From: Squalus acanthias
Taxonomy: Eukaryota
Direction of reading: 5' to 3'
Length of the DNA stretch: 64,000 nucleotides
Assembly (NCBI GenBank): GCA_030390025.1
Contig: CM059438.1
Location: 66,776,001-66,840,000 of the forward strand
Below the pieces are notes generated by a model, which worked only from the letters and a program-made list of their open reading frames with translations, was not told where the DNA came from and made no database searches. Below are positions 38,255 through 49,514 of the stretch, piece after piece (the first letter of the stretch is position 1; every line of letters begins with the position of its first letter). A program made the translations under genes and the position numbers.

Positions 38255-38597
38255 TTTCAAATAAAGCTGTTGGACTATAACCTGGTGTTGTGCAACTTCT
38301 CACATTTGTCCACCCCAGTCCAACACCGGCATCTCCACATCACAAGTTAAATAGTCACACAGCACACACACGTTAAATAGTCACACAGCACACACACGTT
38401 AAATAGTCACACAGCACACACACGTTAAATAGTCACACAGCACACACACGTTAAATAGTCACACAGCACACACACGTTAAATAGTCACACAGCACACACA
38501 CGTTAAATAGTCACACAGCACACACACGTTAAATAATCACACAGCACACACACGTTAAATAGTCACATAGAACACACACGTTAAATAGTCACACAGC

Positions 38598-40376
38598 TAT
38601 AGGGGGTTGTGTGTGGGGGTCAGCTTCACCTCTGACTTCAGTGAGCGGTTCGAATCGCTCCCACGCCCCTGGTTCTAGACATTGGACTTATTTGGGGGTC
38701 TTGAACAAAAGGTGCAGCAAACAACAGGTTTTGATGAAAGAACTTTAACTTTTATTCAAGAAAAGGTAAATACAACACAAACAATCTTAGAACACTCTCA
38801 ATACTTAAACACAGGTTGGGGAACACACGGTGCAGGCGAGGGAGAATTACAGTATACAAAACCCCTTATCCCTCCCAACCCCACTACCTAGCTAGGTTTG
38901 ATTTCAGAGGACCAGGGATAATGCTCACCACTCCTTGACAGTTCTTGACAGTTGAGGTATTTCGCGATTTCGGGGTTCACTGAGGTTTTTGGTTGTTGGG
39001 GCCTGCCGTACCCCGGACATGGTAGAAGACTTCAGCTGCACTCCAAGTCAGTTTGGGTCTGTCCGCTGATGCGGTAAGGTGCGTATTGGATCTATCAGGT
39101 GAGTACCCAATTTTTCTTCGTTAGAGGTAGGGTTTAGAGTTTTTTAATGGAAAATCTTACCCAGGGGTAAGTCAGGAATAGTTTGTAGCGTGGAAACTTG
39201 CGTGTCTTCGGTTTTTCCTGGTGTTGGTCTTTCAGTGGTCGCAACGGCCTGGTTCGCACCTGGTTGGTCGGTGGCGTTGTGTTGGTTGGTTCGTGGGGCC
39301 TTGGTTGCTGCGAGGCCTTTGGGAACCTTTTTCCCAGTCGGGTCCGTTGATGACCCCCCCTTTACTGTGGCGTGTTGTCCTTGCGTGCCTCGGTACTGTT
39401 ACTAACTTTAAACTGCCTCTCTGGACAGCCTTGAACTAACTTTAAGTATAGTGTTGTAACAAACCGCATGGCTTGAATAGACACCACCACAGTGTCTCTC
39501 GGGTTCCTCGTGTCTTCTTGCCCGTGGCTGTAGGACTGCCTGCCTTCCTTCTTCGCTTCCTTCGCTTCTGGCCTGCTTTTCCTTGCTTGCTTCTTGGGGG
39601 AATAGGCCCCCAATTATACTGGTCAGGTCTATTGTGTTTCTCACGCCAAAACTGCTTTACTAAATCGATTTTGTGTTAAAGTGATTTAGGTTTCAGTTGA
39701 GACCTGTTTATCTTCGCGCCAAATCTCGTTTCCTTTGTCTTAGGTTTTGGCGGGCTCGTTAAGTCTGATGATTTTAACTTAGTGTTAACTTGTCCTGATG
39801 GCTACCGATGTCTTCCATTGAGACAGGACCTCTATCTACCCACCAAATCTCGCTTCTTTTGTCTTAGGTTTTTGGTGGGATGTTAAACGGTTCATGTCGA
39901 TACTTGGCTAATCGTTTGTTTGATGGGATGGTGGGCTATGAAGCTGTGTACTGGAAGTTTTATTGTTAGGAATTGTTTTCAGACTTCCAGCATTCTGTCT
40001 GGACCTGGGGATTTCAAAAGGGTCTTGGTTTATTCATTTTTGAATGTGTTTGTGAGGTTTTGGTTGAGGCTCTTCCTCCTTGGTTGGATTGCAGTGCAAA
40101 CATCTCCCAGACAGCATGGCTTGGTCCCAATAAGCAAAAGCTGTCCACTGCCTCACCATACCCCTTCCCGCAGCCTGTGTTTCTGTGACTGCAGGTTTAC
40201 ACAATGGCCCTTTTAAAAAGGTATCTTTATCATCCAAAGTCTTTTTCCTCAGGTTCTGTAATTTCTTCCTTGATTCCTTTCAAAATATCTTCAAAAATGA
40301 GGCTTTGACCTCAAATTCCTTCATCACCCCCTTTAGGGTTCTAGACAAGTTTCTGGGGGATTTTTCGAAGCATACA
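38598..40376 (-). mobile_element. Long solo LTR-like insertion (1779 bp) in the satellite
   Basis: TATA...TACA ends (TGTA...TACA with one change) and a 4-bp TSD CAGC (38594-38597, 40377-40380) whose removal restores the satellite phase. Minus-strand AATAAA near 38753. No recognisable ORF. Confidence 0.7.
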
Positions 40377-43300
40377 CAGCACACACACGTTAAATAGTCA
40401 CACAGCACACACACGTTAAATAGTCACACAGCACACACACACGTTAAGTAGTCACACAGCACACAGACATTACATAGTCACAGCACACAGACATTAAATA
40501 GTCACAGCACACACACGTTAAATAGTCACACAGCACACAGACATTAAATAGTCACACAGCACACACACGTTAAATAGTCACACAGCACACAGACATTAAA
40601 TAGTCACAGCACACACACATTAAATCATCACACAGCACACAGACATTAAATAGTCACAAAGCACACAGACATTAAATAGTCACACAACACACACACGTTA
40701 AATTGTCACACAGCACACACATGTTAAATACTCACAGAGCACACACACATGTTAAATAGTCACACAGCACACACACGTTAAATAGTCACACATAACACAC
40801 ACACATTAAATAGTCACAGCACACACACATTAAATCGTCACACAGCACACAGACATTAAATAGTCACATAACACACACACGTTATATAGTCATACAGCAC
40901 AAACACGTTAAGTTGTCACACAGCACACACACGGTAAATAGTTACACAAAAACACACACATTAAATAGTCACACAGCACACACACGTTAAATAGTCACAC
41001 AGCACACACACATGTTAAATAGTCACACAGCACACACACGTTAAATAGTCACACAGCACACACACATGTTAAATAGTCACACAGCACACACATGTTAAAT
41101 AGTCACACAGCACACACACGTTAAATAGTCACACAGCACACACACACGTTAAATAGTCACACAGCACACACACATGTTAAATAGTCACACAGCACACACA
41201 CGTTAAATAGACACACAGCACACACACGTTAAGTAGTCACACAGCACACACACACGTTAAATAGTCACACAGCACAGACACATTAAATAGTCACACAGCA
41301 CACACACACGTTAAATAGTCACACAGCACACACACACGTTAAATAGTCACACAGCACACACACGTTAAGTAGTCACACAGCACACACACATTAAATAGTC
41401 ACACAGCACACACACATTAAATAGTCACACAGCACACACACGTTAAATAGTCACACAGCACACACACATTAAATAGTCACAGCACACACACATTAAATCG
41501 TCACACAGCACACAGACATTAAATAGTCACATAACACACACACGTTATATAGTCATACAGCACAAACACGTTAAGTTGTCACACAGCACACACACGGTAA
41601 ATAGTTACACAAAAAACACACACATTAAATAGTCACACAGCACACACACGTTAAATAGTCACACAGCACACACACATGTTAAATAGTCACACAGCACACA
41701 CACGTTAAATAGTCACACAGCACACACACATGTTAAATAGTCACACAGCACACACATGTTAAATAGTCACACAGCACACACACGTTAAATAGTCACACAG
41801 CACACACACACGTTAAATAGTCACACAGCACACACACATGTTAAATAGTCACACAGCACACACACGTTAAATAGACACACAGCACACACACGTTAAGTAG
41901 TCACACAGCACACACACACGTTAAATAGTCACACAGCACAGACACATTAAATAGTCACACAGCACACACACGTTAAATAGTCACACAGCACACACACACG
42001 TTAAATAGTCACACAGCACACACACGTTAAGTAGTCACACAGCACACACACATTAAATAGTCACACAGCACACACACATTAAATAGTCACACAGCACACA
42101 CACGTTAAATAGTCACACAGCACACACACACGTTAAATAGTCACACAGCACACACACATTAAATAGTCACACAGCACACACACGTTAAATAGTCACACAG
42201 CACACACACGTTAAATAGTCACACAGCACACACATGTTAAATACTCACACAACACACACACGTTAAATAGTCACAAAGCACACACACCCACTAAATAGTC
42301 ACACAGCACACACACATTAAATAGTCACACAGCACACACACGTTAAATAGTCACACAGCAGACACACATTAAATAATCACACAGCACACACACATTAAAT
42401 AATCACACAGCACACACACGTTAAATAGTCACACAGCACACACACGTTAAATAGTCACACAGCACACACACGTTAAATAGTCACACTGCACACACATGTT
42501 AAATAGTCACACAGCACACACACGTTAAATAGTCACACAGCACACACACACTAAATAGTCACACAGCACACACACATTAAATAGTCACACAGCACACACA
42601 CGTTAAATAGTCACACAGCACACACACGTTAAATAGTCACACAGCACACACACATTAAATAGTCACACAGCACACACACACATTAAATAGTCACACAGCA
42701 CACACACATTAAATAGTCACACAGCACACACACATTAAATAGTCACACAGCACACACACGTTAAATAGTCACACAGCACACCCACATTAAATAGTCACAC
42801 AGCACACACACATTAAATAGTCACACAGCACACACACATTAAATAGTCACACAGCACACACACATTAAATAGTCACACAGCACACACATTAAATAGTCAC
42901 ACAGCACACACACATTAAATAGTCACACAGCACACACACATTAAATAGTCACACAGCACACACACACATTAAATAGTCACACAGCACACACACATTTAAT
43001 AGTCACACAGCACACACACATTAAATAGCCACACAACACACACACATTAAATAGTCACACAGCACACACACAAATTAAATAGTCACACAGCACACACACA
43101 TTAAATAATCACACAGCACACACACATTAAATAGTCACACAGCACACACACATTAAATAGTCACACAGCACACACATATTAAATAATCACACAGCACACA
43201 CACATTAAATAGTCACACAACACACACACATTAAATAATCACACAGCACACACACATTAAATAGTCACACCGCACACACACATTAAATAGTCACACTGCA

Positions 43301-44130
43301 CACACACACATTAAATAGTCACACAGCACACACACATTAAATAGTCACACCGCACACACACATTAAATAGTCAAACTGCACACACACACATTAAATAGTC
43401 ACACAGCACACACACAAATTAAATAGTCACACAGCACACACACATTAAATAATCACACAGCACACACACATTAAATAGTCACACAGCACACACACACATT
43501 AAATAGTCACACAGCACACTCACACATTAAATAGTCACACAGCACACACACACATTAAATAGTCACACAGCACACACATATTAAATAATCACACAGCACA
43601 CAAACATTAAATAGTCACACAACACACACACGTTAAATAATCACACAGCACACACACATTAAATAGTCACACCGCACACACACATTAAATAGTCAAACTG
43701 CACACACACACATTAAATAGTCACACTGCACACACACACATTAAATAGTCACACAGCACACACACATTAAATAGTCACACTGCACACACACACATTAAAT
43801 AGTCACACAGCACACACACACACGTTAAATAGTCACACAGCACACACACACATTAAATAGTCACACAGCACACTCACACGTTAAATAGTCACACAGCACA
43901 CACACATTAAATACTCACAGAGCACACACACACATTAAATAGTCACACAGCACACACACATTAAATAGTCACACAGCACACACACACGTTAAGTAGTCAC
44001 ACAACACACACATGTTAAATAGTCACACAGCACACACACGTTAAATAGTCACACAGCACACACACATTAAATAATCACACAGCACACACACATTAAATAA
44101 TCACACAGCACACACACATTAAATAATGGC

Positions 44131-44486
44131 CATGATGCGGAGATGCCGGTGTTGGACTGGGGTGGACAAAAGTGAGAAGTCGCACAACACCAGGTTATAG
44201 TCCAACAGTTTTACTTGTTTAAAGTTTATCGTTTTCCATACCGACTGCAGCTTTTGACACATTAGACCCCCTGTAACCCCACCTCATTGTCTCAGTTGTA
44301 TCTTGCTATGTCTCTGATGTGGTGCCTTCCTGGCTGACCTGATTGTTTATCTGCCGAGGTGTGACAAAAGGCAGTCAGGAGGATTAAATGTAGTCGTCTG
44401 CCATTGTACGTTACACATGCATTGTTCTCTGTCTATATATGCTTTGTCGATTTGTATTCCTTTACTTCACCTGACGAAGGAGCAGC
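44131..44486 (-). mobile_element. Rearranged Penelope-like pLTR insertion
   Basis: 44131-44217 is the antisense 3' end (compare 49518-49604). 44218-44486 is the upstream pLTR in sense orientation, ending at CTGACGAAGGAGCAGC. Confidence 0.85.
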
Positions 44487-47400
44487 CGCACACATTAAAT
44501 AGTCACACAGCACACCATGTTAAATAGTCACACAGCACACACACACATTAAATAGTCACACAACACACACACATTAAATAGTCACACAGCACACACACAC
44601 GTTAAATAGTCACACTGCACACACACATATTAAATAGTCACACAGCACACACACACGTTAAATAGTCACACAGCACACACACACGTTAAATAGTCACACA
44701 GCACACACACACTAAATAGTCACACAGCACACACACACATTAAATAGTCACACAGCACACACATTAAATAGTCATACAGCACACACACGTTAAATAGTCA
44801 CACTGCACACACACACGTTAAATAGTCACACTGCACACACACACATCAAATAGTCACACAGCACACACACACATTAAATAGTCACACAGCACACACACAC
44901 ATTAAATAGTCACACAGCACACACACACGTTAAATAGTCACACAGCACACACACATTAAATAGTCACACAGCACACACACACATTAAATAGTCACACAGC
45001 ACACACACACATTAAATAGTCACACAACACACACACATTAAATAGTCACACAGCACACACACACATTAAATAGTCACACAGCACACACACATTAAATAGT
45101 CACACAACACACACACATTAAATAGTCACACAGCACACACACACGTTAAATAGTCACACTGCACACACACACTAAATAGTCACACAACACACACACATTA
45201 AATAGTCACACAGCACACACACACATTAAATAGTAACACTGCACACACACACATTAAATAGTCACACAGCACACACACACATTAAATAGTCACACAACAC
45301 ACACACATTAAATAGTCACACAGCACACACACACGTTAAATAGTCACACTGCACACTCACATATTAAATAGTCACACAGCACACACACACGTTAAATAGT
45401 CACACAGCACACACACATTAAATAGTCACACAGCACACACACATTAAATAATTACACAGCACACACACATTAAATAATCACACAGCACACACACACGTTA
45501 AGTAGTCACACAGCACACACACGTTAAATAGTCACACAGCACACACACACGTTAAATAATCACACAGCACACACACATTAAATAGTCACACAGCACAGAC
45601 ACATGTTAAATAGTCACACAGCACACACACAGTTAAATAGTCACACAGCACACACACATTAAATAATCAGACAGCACACACACACGTTAAGTAGTCACAC
45701 AGCACACACACATTAAATAGTCACACAGCACACACACATTAAATAGTCACACAGCAAACACACATTAAATAGTCACACAGCACACACACATTAAATAGTC
45801 ACACAGCACACACACATTAAATAGTCACACAGCACAAACACATTAAATAGTCACACAGCACACACACATTAAATAGTCACACTGCACACACACATTAAAT
45901 AGTCACACAGCACACACATATTAAATAGTCACACTGCACACACACATTAAATAGTCACACAGCACACACACTTTAAATAGTCACACAGCACACACACGTT
46001 AACTAGTCACACAGCACACACACATTAAATAGTCACACAGCACACACACATTAAATAGTCACACAGCACACACACGTTAAATAGTCACACAGCACACACA
46101 CGTTAAATAGTCACACAGCACACACACATTAAATAGTCACACAGCACACACACGTTAAATAGTCACACAGCACACACACATTAAATAGTCACACAGCACA
46201 CACACACATTAAGTAGTCACACAGCACACACACGTTAAATAGTCACACAGCACACACACACGTTAAATAGTCACACAGCACACACACGTTAAATAGTCAC
46301 ACAGCACACACACATGTTAAATAGTCACACAGCACACACACAAGTTAAATAGTCACACAGCACACACACATTAAATAGTCACACAGCACACACACACATT
46401 AAATAGTCACACAGCACACACACACATTAAATAGTCACACAACACACACACATTAAATAGTCACACAGCACACACACACATTAAATAGTAACACTGCACA
46501 CACACACGTTAAATAGTCACACAGCACAGACACATGTTAAATAATCACACAGCACACACACAAGTTAAATAGTCACACAGCACACACACATTAAATAGTC
46601 ACACAGCACACACACACGTTAAATAGTCACACTGCACACACACATATTAAATAGTCACACAGCACACACACACGTTAAATAGTCACACAGCACACACACA
46701 CGTTAAATAGTCACACAGCACACACACACTAAATAGTCACACAGCACACACACACATTAAATAATCACACAGCACACACATTAAATAGTCATACAGCACA
46801 CACACGTTAAATAGTCACACTGCACACACACACGTTAAATAGTCACACTGCACACACACACATCAAATAGTCACACAGCACACACACACATTAAATAGTC
46901 ACACAGCACACACACATTAAATAGTCACACAGCACACACACACGTTAAATAGTCACACAACACACACACGTTAAATAGTCACACAGCACACACACACATT
47001 AAATAGTCACACAGCACACACACATTAAATAGTCACACAACACACACACATTAAATAGTCACACAGCACACACACACATTAAATAGTCACACAGCACACA
47101 CACATTAAATAGTCACACAGCACACACACATTAAATAGTCACACAGCACACACACACGTTAAATAGTCACACAGCACACACACACTAAATAGTCACACAG
47201 CACACACACATTAAATAGTCACACAGCACACACACACATTAAATAGTAACACAGCACACACACACATTAAATAGTCACACAGCACACACACACATTAAAT
47301 AGTCACACAGCACACACACATTAAATAGTCACACAGCACACACACACGTTAAATAGTCACACAGCACACACACATTAAATAGTCACACAGCACACACACA

Positions 47401-48787
47401 TGTTAAATAGTCACACAGCACACACACATTAAATAGTCACACAGCACACACACGTTAAATAATTACACAGCACACACACATTAAATAATCACACAGCACA
47501 CACACACGTTAAGTAGTCACACAGCACACACACGTTAAATAGTCACACAGCACACACACACGTTAAGTAGTCACACAGCACACACACGTTAAATAGTCAC
47601 ACAGCACACACACACGTTAAATAATCACACAGCACACACACATTAAATAGTCACACAGCACAGACACATGTTAAATAATCACACAGCACACACACATGTT
47701 AAATAGTCACACAGCACACACACATTAAATAATCAGACAGCACACACACACGTTAAGTAGTCACACAACACACACATTAAATAGTCACAGCACAAACACA
47801 TTAAATAGTCACACAGCAAACACACATTAAATAGTCACACTGCACACACACATTAAATAGTCACACAGCACACACACATTAAATAGTCACACAGCACAAA
47901 CACATTAAATAGTCACACAGCACACACACATTAAATAGTCACACAGCACACACACATTAAATAGTCACACAGCACACACACATTAAATAGTCACACAGCA
48001 CACACACAGTTAAATAGTCACACAGCACACACACTTTAAATAGTCACACAGCACACACACGTTAAATAGTCACACAGCACACACACATTAAATAGTCACA
48101 CAGCACACACACATTAAATAGTCACACAGCACACACACGTTAAATAGTCACACAGCACACACACGTTAAATAGTCACACAGCACACACACATTAAATAGT
48201 CACACAGCACACACACGTTAAATAGTCACACAGCACACACACATTAAATAGTCACACAGCACACACACATTAAATAGTCACACAGCACACACACGTTAAA
48301 TAGTCACACAGCACACACACACGTTAAATAGTCACACAGCACACACACGTTAAATAGTCACACAGCACACACACAGTTAAATAGTCACACAGCACACACA
48401 CAGTTAAATAGTCACACAGCACACACACATTAAATAGTCACACAGCACACACACACATTAAATAGTCACACAGCACACACACACATTAAATAGTCACACA
48501 ACACACACACATTAAATAGTCACACAGCACACACACACATTAAATAGTAACACTGCACACACACACGTTAAATAGTCACACAGCACAGACACATGTTAAA
48601 TAATCACACAGCACACACACAAGTTAAATAGTCACACAGCACACACACATTAAATAATCAGACAGCACACACACACGTTAAGTAGTCACACAGCACACAC
48701 ACACTTTAAATAGTCACACAGCACACACACATTAAATAATGAGAAGTCGCACAACACCAGGTTATAGTCCAACAGTTTTATTTGAAA

Positions 48788-48824
48788 TCACAAGCTTTCG
48801 GAGCTGCTGCTCCTTCGTCAGGCA
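48788..48824 (-). ncRNA. Minimal hammerhead ribozyme motif
   Basis: CTGACGA-A-GGAGC-AGCA-GCTCC-GAAA-GCTT-GTGA. Helix I (TTGC/GTGA) relies on two G-U pairs. Confidence 0.6.
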
Positions 48825-49022
48825 AAGTAAAGAAATACAGAATCGACAAAGCATATATAGATAGAGAACAATGCATGTGTAACTTACAATGGCAGATGAC
48901 TAGATTTAAATCATCCTGACTGTTTATCTGCCGAGGTGTGACAAAAGGCAATCAGGTCAGCCAGGAAGGTACCACATCAAAGACATAGCAAGATACAACT
49001 GAGACAATGAGGTGGAGTTACA

Positions 49023-49141
49023 GGCGGCCTTAGAAACACACGACAACGCAAAATCATCGAGCAGAAACTGATAGCCAAGTTCTGCACTCATGTGACGGCC
49101 TCAACCGGGATCTTGGGTTTATGTCACGATACATGACGTGA
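49023..49141 (+). pseudogene. C-terminal end of a Penelope-like GIY-YIG endonuclease
   Basis: Manual translation gives GGLRNTRQRKIIEQKLIAKFCTH / frameshift / DGLNRDLGFMSRYMT*, matching the R...E...I......GLN signature. Confidence 0.8.
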
Positions 49142-49476
49142 TCCAGACTCGAGTCGTCATTGGCTTGTTCACAGATGTGATTCCCAGTAAAAAAGTAAAA
49201 ATGTTAAAGTTTATCGTTCTTTGGTCGGGTCTGCGGGTAGCTGTCTGTAGTGTTCCAGCTTTTGACACGTTAGACCCCCTGTAACTCCAGCTCATTGTCT
49301 CAGTTGTATCTTGCTATGTCTTTGATGTGGTACCTTCCTGGCTGACCTGATTGCCTTTTGTCACACCTCGGCAGATAAACAGTCAGGATGATTTAAATAT
49401 AGTCGTCTGCCATTGTAAGTTACACATGCATTGTTCTCTATCTATATATGCTTTGTCGATTCTGTATTTCTTTACT

Positions 49477-49514
49477 TTGCCTGACGAAGGAGCAGCAGCT
49501 CCGAAAGCTTGTGA
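49477..49514 (+). ncRNA. Minimal hammerhead ribozyme motif
   Basis: TTGC-CTGACGA-A-GGAGC-AGCA-GCTCC-GAAA-GCTT-GTGA. Confidence 0.6.

Larger units (their letters stand above)
38126..38342 (+). mobile_element. Palindromic Penelope-like mini-element with two hammerhead motifs
   Basis: Inverted arms at 38126-38307 centred on CAGGTGAAGTCACCTG, plus a 35-nt tail. Near-identical to 1515-1728. Confidence 0.85.
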
